Shown in pieces: positions 37,027-46,344 of a DNA stretch of 64,000 nt (position 1 is the stretch's first letter; each line of letters opens with the position of its first letter). The translations under genes and the position numbers were made by a program. Under the pieces are notes generated by a model that saw only the letters and a program-made list of their open reading frames with translations, was not told the origin of the DNA and searched no databases. Origin of the DNA: Gemmatimonadota bacterium (GTDB lineage: Bacteria > Latescibacterota > UBA2968 > UBA8231); the NCBI GenBank assembly GCA_038153405.1, contig JAYOYH010000011.1:23050-87049 (forward strand), given 5' to 3'.

Positions 37027-38270
37027 AAACAGTTTTTAAAACTATACTACCCATACTCATCCTCGCCGTTGGCGCCGGTGCATTTGTCATGCTGGTATCG
37101 ATGCAGACGCAACCAGAGCGCATCGAGCGGCCCTATATAGGGCCCTTAGTCGAAGTCGTGTCGGCTCCGGCTCAGCGCGTGCAAGTCGTAGTCGAAGGCC
37201 AGGGCACGGTGCGACCCGATGCGCAGATCAGCTTAGTCCCACAGGTATCTGGCATCGTCGTCTGGAAGGACGAGAACTTCAAGCCGGGCGGCTCCTTTGC
37301 CAAGGGCGACGTCCTCTTCCACATCGACCCGCGCGACTACGAACTGGCCATCCGCCAGGCAAGGGCACAGGTCGAACAGGCGCGCTACCAGCGCGATCTG
37401 GCGCAGCAGGAATCGGGTGTGGCGCTCCAGGAGTGGCAGCGTTTACGCGGCGACGAAAGCGCTCCCTCTGCGCTGGTAGCGCGCCTTCCGCAGCTGCGAG
37501 CTGCGGAAGCCAACCTAGCCGCTGCTCAGGCGCGGCTAGAAGAGTTTGAGCTGCGCCTCGAGCGCACCCGCTTAACGGCGCCCTTTAACGGGCGCGTGCG
37601 CACTGCCCAAGTAGACGTTGGCCAGCACGTCAATGCTGGCCAACCTATTGCACAGCTCTACAGTATCGAGCGGGCCGAAATCGTCGTGCCGGTACCCGAC
37701 GAGGAACTCGCCTGGTTCACGCTCCCCGCACCGGTAGACGACCGATCGAACGAATTCGCCGCATTACCCGTCGCCGGCACCGGCGATGAAGAGTCGAACG
37801 CTCCCTTTATCTATGCTCGCAGCGGTGCAACGACCTTTGTGCAGGGCTCCTTTGCCGGACAGCGCCACCAGTGGCAGGGCCGCGTGGTGCGCACCGAAGG
37901 CGAACTGGACCCGCAAAGCCGCATGGTGCGACTCGTCGTTGAAGTGGACGATCCCTACGGCGCCATTGCCGACGGCACGCCCCCGCTCACCGTGGGCATG
38001 TTCGTCGATGTGGCCATCGCCGGACGCTACGTCGACGGCGTGCGCGTGGTGCCGCGCGCCGCACTGCGCCAGGGCGATGCCGTTTGGGCCGTGGGCCGCG
38101 ACGGAGTACTGCGCATGTGCCAAGCCAACGTGCTCAGGCGCATGCGGGAAGACGTGATCGCGCGTATCGAACTGCGCGACGACGAGCGCATTATCACCTC
38201 GCAGATCAGCGGCGTAACCGATGGTATGAAAGTGCGCATTAGCGATAGAGAAAAGGAGGCTGGATCGTGA
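37023..38270 (+). CDS. RND efflux periplasmic adaptor (MFP)
   Basis: N-terminal TM, PQVSG, IDPRDYE, APFNGRV, GMFV, GMKVR. Confidence 0.9.
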   Translation: MKTVFKTILPILILAVGAGAFVMLVSMQTQPERIERPYIGPLVEVVSAPAQRVQVVVEGQGTVRPDAQISLVPQVSGIVVWKDENFKPGGSFAKGDVLFHIDPRDYELAIRQARAQVEQARYQRDLAQQESGVALQEWQRLRGDESAPSALVARLPQLRAAEANLAAAQARLEEFELRLERTRLTAPFNGRVRTAQVDVGQHVNAGQPIAQLYSIERAEIVVPVPDEELAWFTLPAPVDDRSNEFAALPVAGTGDEESNAPFIYARSGATTFVQGSFAGQRHQWQGRVVRTEGELDPQSRMVRLVVEVDDPYGAIADGTPPLTVGMFVDVAIAGRYVDGVRVVPRAALRQGDAVWAVGRDGVLRMCQANVLRRMREDVIARIELRDDERIITSQISGVTDGMKVRISDREKEAGS

Positions 38271-41200
38271 AGTCACCCATCACCTGGATGGCGAATAACC
38301 ACGTCGCCGCCAACTTGCTCATGGGCTTTATCATGCTCAGCGGTCTGTTTGCCATGCTGCAGACCAAGAAAGAGACGTTTCCGGAAATGTCGCTCGACCA
38401 GGTGCAGATCCAAGTACCTTATCGAGGTGCGGCACCGGCCGAAGTTGAAGAAGCGGTCTGCAAGCGCATCGAAGAGCGCGTGCGCGGCCTCGAAGGGGTG
38501 CGCCGGGTGCGTTCAACGGCCGCTGAGGGCATGGGCGTCGTCAGCGTCGAGATGGAGCGCGGCGTCGATATGAGTCAGATGCTAGACGACATAAAAAACG
38601 AAGTCGATCGCATTTCTACCTTTCCGGCAGAGACCGAGAAGGCCGTTATCAAGGAGCTGACGCGGCGTTCGCAGGTCATTGATGTCGTCCTCTACGGAGA
38701 CGTGCGCGAAAAGGCGTTGAAAGTGGCCGCCGAGCGCGTGCGCGACGACCTGCGCAACAGCGGCGTCATATCGCAGGCCGAACTCAGCGGCGTGCGCGTC
38801 GACGAAATATCGATCGAGGTTTCCGAGGAAGCTCTGCGCCGCTACAGCCTGACGTTTGATCAGGTGAGCGCCGCCGTGCGCCGCACCAGCCTCGATCTGC
38901 CGGCCGGCAGCGTCGAAAGCGAAGACGGCGAAATTCTCCTGCGCACGCAGGGGCTCATGCGCAGCGGCCGCGAGTATGAGGACGTCGTCGTCCTTACCCG
39001 TCCCGACGGAACTTCGCTCAAGCTGGGCGATATCGCCGAGGTGCGCGATGGGTTTGAGGACAATGACCTCATTTCGCGCTTCAACGGCAAGCCGGCGGCC
39101 GTGGTGCAAGTCTATCGCACGGGCGACCAGAGCGCACTCGACATTTCCTCCTACGTGCACGAGTATGTAGAGGACAAGCGCTCCACCATGCCCAACGGTA
39201 TCTCCATCGACTATGCGCGCGACGATGCGCGCATTCTGCGCGGCCGCATGGATCTGCTCATCAGCAACGCTCGCCTCGGTCTGGTGCTGGTCTTTATCTG
39301 CCTGAGTTTTTTCCTCGATTTGCGCCTGGCCTTCTGGGTGATGATGGGCATCCCCATCTCCTTTCTCGGCGCCTTCGTGCTGATGGAGCCATTTGATGCC
39401 TCCATCAACATGCTATCGCTATTCGCATTTATCGTCGCGCTGGGCATTGTCGTCGACGACGCCATTATCGTCGGCGAAAACGTCTTCGCGCATAGAGAAA
39501 AGGGTAAGGGTTTCCTGCGCGCAGCCATCGACGGCGCCCTCGAAGTGGGCAAACCCGTGATTTTTTCCGTGTTGACTTCCGTAGCCGCCTTTATGCCGCT
39601 GTTTTTTGTCGATGGGATGATGGGCAAATTCATGTCGATCATTCCCGTTATCGTCATCTCGGTGCTGCTGCTGTCGCTGGTCGAGAGCCTGTTGATTCTG
39701 CCGGCACACCTCTCTTCAAAGGGCGACGGCCTGTTGAACCGCGTCTTTGGCCGCCTCTTTCGCCACCCCCTCGACTTTCACGACCGCGTCGCCCGCTCCT
39801 TTGACCAAGGCCTCAAGCGCTTTGTGCAATCGGTATACCAGCCGGTGCTGCGCATCGCTCTGGCCAACCCAATCTCCAGCACGGCTATAGCCATTGCCCT
39901 TATGATGCTGACTTTTGGCATGGTCGCCGGCGGACACGTCAAGTTCGTCTTCATGCCCAAAATCGAATCGGACTGGCTCACGGTTTCAGTCAATATGCCG
40001 CAGGGCACGACGGTCGATCAGACCTCTAGGGTCGTTGAGTTCATCGAGAAAAAAGCGCTGGAACTGCGCGCGCAGGTCGATGAGGAAAATCCGGCCGAAT
40101 ATTCTATTTACCGCAACGTGTTCACTTACATAGGCGATCAGCCAATGGGCCGGCGTTCGTCTATGACTGCGGCGGGCGGAGCGAGCGGCCGCGGCCATCT
40201 GGGCGAGGTGACGATTGAGCTAAAGCCGGCCGAGGAGCGCGACATCGGCAGCACGGAGTTGGAGGCCCGCCTGCGCCAGCTCGTCGGCGAAGTGCCCGGC
40301 CCAGAGTCGATGGTATTCTCCTCGTCGCTGTTCTCGGCGGGCAACGCCATCGAAATCGAACTGGCCTCAGACAACTTTGAACAACTGCCGCAAGCCGTCG
40401 AGCGGCTCAAGGAACAGATTGCCCAGTACTCGGGTACCGGCGATATCCAAGACAGCTTTGAAGAGGGCAAGCTGGAGATGAAGCTGCAGCTCAAACCGCA
40501 GGCGCGGACGCTGGGCATTGCGCTGGCCGACCTAGCGCGTCAGGTGCGCCAGGGCTTTTTTGGCGACCAGGTACTGCGCTTTCAGCGCGGCTCCGACGAC
40601 GTGCGCGTCATGGTGCGCTACCCAGAAGGCGAGCGGCGCACGATTGACGATGTGCGCTCTATGCGCATTCGCACGTCGAGCGGTGCCGAGGTTCCTTTCG
40701 ACGAAGTAGCATTGGTCGAGGTCGGACACGGCTTCTCCACCATACAGCGCACCGATGGTCAGCGCGTCGTCACCGTCAGCGCCAGCGTAGATGAAAAAGT
40801 AGCCAATGCCGACGAGATCAACGCCGATTTGGCGGTGCGCTTCCTGCCGGCACTCGTGCAGGACTACGCGGGACTGCGCTACAGCTTTGGCGGCGAACAG
40901 CGCGAGCGCAACGACTCGCTGCAGAGCATGGTTTTCAACTTCACCATTGCGCTATTTGTCATCTACGTGCTGCTTGCTGTGCCCTTTAAGTCCTACATGC
41001 AGCCCTTTGTCGTTATGAGCGCCATTCCCTTTGGCATTATCGGCGCCGTCTGGGGACACGTATTTATGGGCATCGACCTAGCCATGCTGAGCCTGTTTGG
41101 CATCATCGCTCTGTCCGGCGTGGTCGTCAACGACTCGCTAGTGCTGCTCTCTTTTTACAACCAATTGTGCGACGAGGGCATGGGGCACGAGGCGGCACTG

Positions 41201-41473
41201 CTCGAGGCGGGCGCACAGCGCTTTCGCCCCATTTTGCTCACTTCGTTGACGACCTTTTTCGGACTGCTGCCAATGATTCTCGAAAAGAGCGTGCAGGCAC
41301 AGTTTCTCATTCCAATGGCCGTCAGCCTGGCCTTTGGCATACTCTTTGCCACGTTCATCATTCTCATTGGCGTGCCAGTCGGCACGATGCTGCTGGAAAA
41401 AACGCTGGCCATCCTCGGCCGACTGTCGCAGAGCGAAGGCGTGGGCGACATCGCACCCGAAACGGCCGGATAG
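38267..41473 (+). CDS. RND efflux permease (AcrB/AcrD/AcrF family)
   Basis: GIVVDDAIIVGEN, GVVVNDS, RFRPILLTSLTT; 1068 aa. Confidence 0.95.
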   Translation: MKSPITWMANNHVAANLLMGFIMLSGLFAMLQTKKETFPEMSLDQVQIQVPYRGAAPAEVEEAVCKRIEERVRGLEGVRRVRSTAAEGMGVVSVEMERGVDMSQMLDDIKNEVDRISTFPAETEKAVIKELTRRSQVIDVVLYGDVREKALKVAAERVRDDLRNSGVISQAELSGVRVDEISIEVSEEALRRYSLTFDQVSAAVRRTSLDLPAGSVESEDGEILLRTQGLMRSGREYEDVVVLTRPDGTSLKLGDIAEVRDGFEDNDLISRFNGKPAAVVQVYRTGDQSALDISSYVHEYVEDKRSTMPNGISIDYARDDARILRGRMDLLISNARLGLVLVFICLSFFLDLRLAFWVMMGIPISFLGAFVLMEPFDASINMLSLFAFIVALGIVVDDAIIVGENVFAHREKGKGFLRAAIDGALEVGKPVIFSVLTSVAAFMPLFFVDGMMGKFMSIIPVIVISVLLLSLVESLLILPAHLSSKGDGLLNRVFGRLFRHPLDFHDRVARSFDQGLKRFVQSVYQPVLRIALANPISSTAIAIALMMLTFGMVAGGHVKFVFMPKIESDWLTVSVNMPQGTTVDQTSRVVEFIEKKALELRAQVDEENPAEYSIYRNVFTYIGDQPMGRRSSMTAAGGASGRGHLGEVTIELKPAEERDIGSTELEARLRQLVGEVPGPESMVFSSSLFSAGNAIEIELASDNFEQLPQAVERLKEQIAQYSGTGDIQDSFEEGKLEMKLQLKPQARTLGIALADLARQVRQGFFGDQVLRFQRGSDDVRVMVRYPEGERRTIDDVRSMRIRTSSGAEVPFDEVALVEVGHGFSTIQRTDGQRVVTVSASVDEKVANADEINADLAVRFLPALVQDYAGLRYSFGGEQRERNDSLQSMVFNFTIALFVIYVLLAVPFKSYMQPFVVMSAIPFGIIGAVWGHVFMGIDLAMLSLFGIIALSGVVVNDSLVLLSFYNQLCDEGMGHEAALLEAGAQRFRPILLTSLTTFFGLLPMILEKSVQAQFLIPMAVSLAFGILFATFIILIGVPVGTMLLEKTLAILGRLSQSEGVGDIAPETAG

Positions 41474-41482
41474 ACTCACGCG

Positions 41483-41535
41483 CAGAGAGGGGTACTCCGC
41501 TTGGCCAAGCACCGCGAGCGGAATGCCCCTCTTTG
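41483..41535. terminator. Long imperfect hairpin between convergent RND and MATE genes
   Basis: CAGAGAGGGGTACTCCGCTTG pairs with CGAGCGGAATGCCCCTCTTTG. Confidence 0.6.
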
Positions 41536-41543
41536 TCGACGCG

Positions 41544-42956
41544 TTAGTGCGCGGCTTCGGGCGCAGCGGTTAGGCGATTCAGTTCCCAGCGAATCCAGGC
41601 GAGGGAAACCGTTGAAGTGATTCCACCGCCCAGCGCGAGTGCCAACCACACCGACTCCAACCCCATGGATAGCACGCGCACGAATAGAAAGGCCAGCGCC
41701 CCGCTGACCAACACGACGCGCATTGCCGTCAGCAGCAGGCTGGGGATGCCTAGGCCCAATCCCTGAAAAACGCGTCCGCTTATTACGCCGACCGTGATAA
41801 AGGGGAAGGCAAAGACCATCGTGCGGATATATTGCACAGCCATGTCAACGATGACCACATCATCGGTGAAGATGGCGTATATGTAGGGGGCGGATACGTA
41901 GAAAAATACCCCAAATCCCACTGCCAGAATTTGTCCGCGCAGCAGGACGTAGTTGACCGTTTTGCGGATTAGATCGATGCGGCCGGCTCCGTAAAACATA
42001 CCGGTTAGCGTGACCATGCTGGATGCCAGGGCAAAGGTGGGCAAAAAGTAGACCGCATCGAGGCGACCACCAATCCCATAGGCGGCCACCGCGTCGGCGC
42101 CGAAAGTGGCGATCAGGCGGTTGAAAAACATACCGCCCGTCGACATGACGACCATCGATAGCGAAGCCGGTAAACCGATTTGCAAAATGCTCCGCACCAC
42201 GTTCGACGAGTAGACAAACGAGCGTATGGGCGGTTGCAAATAGGTGCCCTTGCGAATGAAGAAGTAGTAGAAAAAGACGATAAACACCGTCGCCTGGCTA
42301 ATTATCGTCGCCCACGCTGCCCCGGCAATGCCCCAACCGGCGGTAAATATTAGCAGCGGATCGAGGACGAGATTGAGCAGCGTGCCGCCGATTTGGAAGG
42401 CGATCGGCGTGCGCGTATCGCCCTCGCCTGTGAGGATGGAGCGAAACTGCACGTTGAGATTGGAAAAGACAAAGCTGGGGGCAGTGATGCTAAAGTAGAC
42501 GAGCGCACCCTGCAGCACAGCGGAGGGCACGCCCAGCGCGGTGAATATTTCCCGTCGGAAGAGCAGACCTAACGCGGGAATGAGTATCCCAACCAGCGCG
42601 CCTACCAGCAAGGCATGGCTGGCGGCATTGTCGGCACCGGCCTTGTCTTTAGCACCCAGCAGGCGAGCAATGGCGCTAGTCGCCCCCACGCCGAGACCAA
42701 AGGTAATGCCGATGGAGAAAAAGCCCAGCGGCATATTAAAGGTCAGCGCAGCAATGGCATCGCTTCCCAACTGGCCGACAAAAATCATATCGGTGAAACT
42801 ATAGGCCGTCTGCACGGCCATGCCCAGGATGACGGGAACCGATAATTCCCATACGGCTTTGCGCGGTTCGGCAATAAACCGCTCCACCCGATTGTGCCCC
42901 CTGCCACCGGCCCCGAGCGGGTCGGCGTCTTCCCCTCTGGTCTGTTCTGCGGCCAT
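41544..42956 (-). CDS. MATE family efflux transporter
   Basis: DMIFVGQLG, GEGDTRTP, NLVLDPLLI, GIAGAAWAT; ATG 42956 has a GAGGA RBS. Confidence 0.92.
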   Translation of the reverse strand: MAAEQTRGEDADPLGAGGRGHNRVERFIAEPRKAVWELSVPVILGMAVQTAYSFTDMIFVGQLGSDAIAALTFNMPLGFFSIGITFGLGVGATSAIARLLGAKDKAGADNAASHALLVGALVGILIPALGLLFRREIFTALGVPSAVLQGALVYFSITAPSFVFSNLNVQFRSILTGEGDTRTPIAFQIGGTLLNLVLDPLLIFTAGWGIAGAAWATIISQATVFIVFFYYFFIRKGTYLQPPIRSFVYSSNVVRSILQIGLPASLSMVVMSTGGMFFNRLIATFGADAVAAYGIGGRLDAVYFLPTFALASSMVTLTGMFYGAGRIDLIRKTVNYVLLRGQILAVGFGVFFYVSAPYIYAIFTDDVVIVDMAVQYIRTMVFAFPFITVGVISGRVFQGLGLGIPSLLLTAMRVVLVSGALAFLFVRVLSMGLESVWLALALGGGITSTVSLAWIRWELNRLTAAPEAAH

Positions 42957-43096
42957 TTCCTCTGCCCTGTCCCCATTCGCCATGGGGCAAGCATGCGCTC
43001 GCAAAACCCTTCCAGCTGGTGGGAATGAGTGGATCAAACTGACTGGTCAGTCAAAAACAAAGGTACGACCGTTTTTACTGGCGGCAAGACCGAGTC

Positions 43097-43125
43097 TTGA
43101 CACGACTCCAACGCCGCATCATACT
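43097..43125 (+). promoter_or_regulatory. Putative sigma-70 promoter of the CoxM/CoxS-like operon
   Basis: TTGACA-N17-CATACT; GAGGAGG RBS before TTG 43178. Confidence 0.6.
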
Positions 43126-43177
43126 TATGCGCCAGTGCCTTTGATACGTTCGTGACCCCTATGAGGAGGATGCTCCC

Positions 43178-44086
43178 TTGAAGGACTTCGAATACTGCAC
43201 GCCCAAAACGCTGCGCGAGGCCGTATCGCTGCTGGCGGAGAAGGGCGAGGATGCCCGCGTCATGGCCGGCGGAACGGACTTGATCGTGCAGCTGCGCGGC
43301 AAGCGGTTCCAGCCCCAGCGCATCATTGACGTGAAAAACATACCGGAACTCAACGAATTGTCCTTTGGCAGCCGCAAGGGCTTGGTCATCGGCGCGTCGG
43401 TACCCTGCTGGCGCATGTACAACCATGCCGAAGTCGCCCAGCGCTACCCCGGACTCATCGACTCGGCCTCCATCATCGGGGGAATTCAAATCCAGGGACG
43501 CGCCACCTTCGGCGGCAATCTGTGCAACGCCTCACCCAGCGCCGACTCGACGCCGATCCTAATTGCTCACTCCGCGGTGTGCAACGTCATCGGCCCCGAG
43601 GGCAAGCGCAGCATACCCGCCGGAGAATTTTGTATAGCTCCGGGCAAAAATGCCCTCAAAGCCGGCGAATTGCTCGTTTCCATGCAGATGCCGGCCAATA
43701 AGAAAAACCAAGGATCTCACTACCAGCGTTTTATTCCGCGCAACGAAATGGACATCGCCGTAGTAGGCGTGGGCTCGTGGGTCGAATTGGCCAACCGCGG
43801 CAAGGAATTCAAAAGTGCGCATATTGCTCTGGGCGCCGTCGGGCCGACGCCGATTGTCGCCCGCGCAGCCAGCGAAGCGCTGGTCGGTCAGGCCGTCAGC
43901 GACGAGGCCATAGCCGCCGCCGCCGAAGCAGCCAAGGCCGCGGCGAGTCCGATATCCGATATGCGCGGCCCGGCTGAGTTTCGCACCCATCTGGTCGGCG
44001 TGCTGGTCAAGCGCACCCTGCAGGGAGCTATCGCCCGCGCTAAAGGACACTTCGTCGCCAATGCCGTGCAGGAAGCCGCCGGCTAA
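43178..44086 (+). CDS. Xanthine dehydrogenase/CO dehydrogenase family FAD-binding (medium) subunit
   Basis: AGGTDL, QIQGRATFGGNLCNASPSADS, PISDMRG. Confidence 0.92.
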   Translation: MKDFEYCTPKTLREAVSLLAEKGEDARVMAGGTDLIVQLRGKRFQPQRIIDVKNIPELNELSFGSRKGLVIGASVPCWRMYNHAEVAQRYPGLIDSASIIGGIQIQGRATFGGNLCNASPSADSTPILIAHSAVCNVIGPEGKRSIPAGEFCIAPGKNALKAGELLVSMQMPANKKNQGSHYQRFIPRNEMDIAVVGVGSWVELANRGKEFKSAHIALGAVGPTPIVARAASEALVGQAVSDEAIAAAAEAAKAAASPISDMRGPAEFRTHLVGVLVKRTLQGAIARAKGHFVANAVQEAAG

Positions 44087-44235
44087 GCAGACTGCGCTGA
44101 GCGGCCGGCAAATGGGTCAACGGATTCGGCATAGACCCTTCTTCGGTCGACCGTGACCACGGCACCTACGCGGTTATCGTCTGCGGCTGAGACGAGACCT
44201 ACACGGAAAAATAAACGAGCTTAACGGAGCTAAAC

Positions 44236-44712
44236 ATGAGCAAAATACACGTTCATACGAAGATCAACGGCGAAGACACCGAATTCCTCTGCGAATCGCG
44301 TCAGAGCCTGCTCGAAGTCCTGCGCGAAACGCTGGGCTTTACCGGCACCAAAGAGGGCTGCAACGACGGCAACTGTGGATCCTGTTCGGTCATGCTCGAC
44401 GGCGTGCTGGTCAATTCCTGCCTGGTGCTGGCCGTCGAAGCCGAGGGCCAGCACGTGACCACCGTAGAGGGGCTCGCTTCGCCCGAGGGCCTGCACCCGG
44501 TGCAGAGAAAGTTTCTCGAACATGCCGCCCTACAGTGCGGCATCTGCACGCCGGGCTTTCTGGTAGCCGCCAAGGCGCTGCTCGACCACAATCCCAATCC
44601 CAGCGAACACGAGGTGCGCCACTGGCTAGCCGGCAATCTCTGTCGCTGTACGGGATACGATAAGATCGTGCGCGCCGTGCTGGATACGGCTCAGGAAATG
44701 CAGAACGCCTAG
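44236..44712 (+). CDS. Xanthine dehydrogenase/CO dehydrogenase family 2Fe-2S (small) subunit
   Basis: GTKEGCNDGNCGSC, NSCL, QCGICTPG, GNLCRCTGY. Confidence 0.95.
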   Translation: MSKIHVHTKINGEDTEFLCESRQSLLEVLRETLGFTGTKEGCNDGNCGSCSVMLDGVLVNSCLVLAVEAEGQHVTTVEGLASPEGLHPVQRKFLEHAALQCGICTPGFLVAAKALLDHNPNPSEHEVRHWLAGNLCRCTGYDKIVRAVLDTAQEMQNA

Positions 44713-44794
44713 ACCGCTATCGACCATCAGTATCGGGAGGGTATATGGCCTGGTTCGGCAACGACCGTAAGCGCGCTGTCGGCAGATTGCTCCA

Positions 44795-45061
44795 ATGCCA
44801 GTAGCATGGATTCCCCCGCTCATGCAGAAACTGACCAACGGGCAAGGCCAGATCGAAGTGGCTGGCGATACGGTGCGTCAGGTGATCGACGATCTCGACG
44901 CGCGCTATCCCGGCTTTAAGGCGCGCATCTGCAATGAGGACGATCGCATCCGCCCCGAAATTGCCGTAGCCGTCGACGGCGAAGTGGTTACTACCGGCCT
45001 TCGCGCCAAGGTGAGCGTCGCCAGCGAAGTACACTTTCTGCCCGCGCTGGCCGGCGGTTAA
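44795..45061 (+). CDS. MoaD/ThiS family sulfur carrier
   Basis: Beta-grasp-sized protein ending FLPALAGG. Confidence 0.88.
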   Translation: MPVAWIPPLMQKLTNGQGQIEVAGDTVRQVIDDLDARYPGFKARICNEDDRIRPEIAVAVDGEVVTTGLRAKVSVASEVHFLPALAGG

Positions 45062-45084
45062 CGCTCCGCAATCCAATCTGTATA

Positions 45085-45120
45085 GACCCGGTTTCTCGTC
45101 CGAGGGACCGGGTCATTTTG
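45085..45120 (+). terminator. Intrinsic terminator after MoaD/ThiS
   Basis: GACCCGGTTTCTCG / CGAGGGACCGGGTC stem followed by ATTTTG. Confidence 0.65.
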
Positions 45121-45252
45121 TATCACCGCCAGAACTGGCGCATGCAATTATTGCATAAAGCGGCATTGCGCCGCTCCTCGCCTGCACCACACCCCGTTTT
45201 GATAAACCCATAAATTATTTTTTAACAATATCTTATAGACTATTTCTGGCGT

Positions 45253-45268
45253 TGGCATAAATCTTGCT
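45253..45268 (+). promoter_or_regulatory. Sigma-54 (-24/-12) promoter
   Basis: TGGCAT-AAATC-TTGCT, exact GG-N10-GC spacing; AT tract and a palindrome upstream. Confidence 0.7.
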
Positions 45269-45455
45269 AATGACTAGGGGAGAGCAGTGCGACAAGGCGT
45301 TTTCCGGGGGGCTCTGTGCCATATATGACGGCGCGTGGCCCGGTATGCGCACCGATTGGCTGCAAAATCTGCATAGGCAATGGGACTGACTCGGTCTTAT
45401 TTGACCCGATGACCTACTGATCATGCAAAAAATGCACGTTTGACGGAGTGTAGCT

Positions 45456-45800
45456 ATGCGTAATGAGTTCGTATCAAGAGAAGAAGAGGCGCTCGTCGAG
45501 CAGCTTGCGACCGGAACGTCCGACGAGGTTATCGATCATCTGGCGAGCAGCCGCGCACTCGACGCCGACGTCCAACAGCCCATGGGAACAGTGGGCGATC
45601 TACTCGGATATCTGAGCGACGTCGAGTTGGAAATAGTCGACAAATACTTTGGCCTGTCCGGCGCCGAGCCGCTCAGCGCGGACGCAATCGGCGACCTGAC
45701 GGGACTGGGCGCGCGCAGAACTATGGAGATCATCGACGGCGCGCTGCGCCAGCTGCGCCAAGTCGAAACGGCAGGTGAACGCGAGCGCAAAGTCGCCTAA
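45456..45800 (+). CDS. Small sigma-70 region-4-like protein (with region 1.2-like N-terminus)
   Basis: LSDVELEIVDKYFGLSGAEPLSADAIGDLTGLGARRTMEIIDGALRQLR resembles sigma region 4; GGAG RBS. Confidence 0.7.
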   Translation: MRNEFVSREEEALVEQLATGTSDEVIDHLASSRALDADVQQPMGTVGDLLGYLSDVELEIVDKYFGLSGAEPLSADAIGDLTGLGARRTMEIIDGALRQLRQVETAGERERKVA

Positions 45801-45821
45801 ACGGAAAAGAGCGATCGCCAT

Positions 45822-45863
45822 AAAAAATGCAGCGGGCCGGTAGCTAATGCTACCGGCCCGCTG
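45822..45863 (-). terminator. Intrinsic terminator after dut (possibly bidirectional)
   Basis: Perfect 15-bp stem CAGCGGGCCGGTAGC / GCTACCGGCCCGCTG with an adjacent A6 run. Confidence 0.8.
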
Positions 45864-45898
45864 TCGCGTACGCCGCACGCCCCTCTTTACCCAGGGCT

Positions 45899-46339
45899 TT
45901 ATTGCACGCCCGTTGACCCGAAGCCGCCGCTGCCGCGCGCCGTTTCTTCCAATTCCTCTACTTCGACCAATTCGCCGCGCGTCACCGGGGCAAAGAGCAG
46001 TTGGGCAATGCGCTCTCCCGGTTCGATACGCTGCACTTCCTGCGACAGGTTGATTAGCACCACGCCGACCTCACCGCGATAGTCGGCGTCGATGGTGCCG
46101 GGTGCGTTGAGCACCGTCAGGCCGCGCTTGAGCGCCAGCCCGCTGCGCGGACGCACCTGCCCCTCGTAGCCTACGGGTATTTCGAGAAACAGTCCCGTCG
46201 GCACCAGCGCCCGCGCTCCGGGCTCCATGACGACGGGCTCGGACACTTCGGCGCGCAGATCCATGCCGGCGCTGTGTTCCGTCTCATATGCGGGCAGCGG
46301 ATGACCGGTCTTACGCACGACGCGCACGCGAATGGCCAT
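45899..46339 (-). CDS. dut: dUTP diphosphatase
   Basis: [41 protein letters not shown]. Confidence 0.97.
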   Translation of the reverse strand: MAIRVRVVRKTGHPLPAYETEHSAGMDLRAEVSEPVVMEPGARALVPTGLFLEIPVGYEGQVRPRSGLALKRGLTVLNAPGTIDADYRGEVGVVLINLSQEVQRIEPGERIAQLLFAPVTRGELVEVEELEETARGSGGFGSTGVQ

Positions 46340-46344
46340 CGGGC

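Noticed and set aside
43178..44712. Aerobic CO dehydrogenase operon
   Set aside because: No large subunit, so the diagnostic active-site motif cannot be checked and the substrate cannot be assigned.
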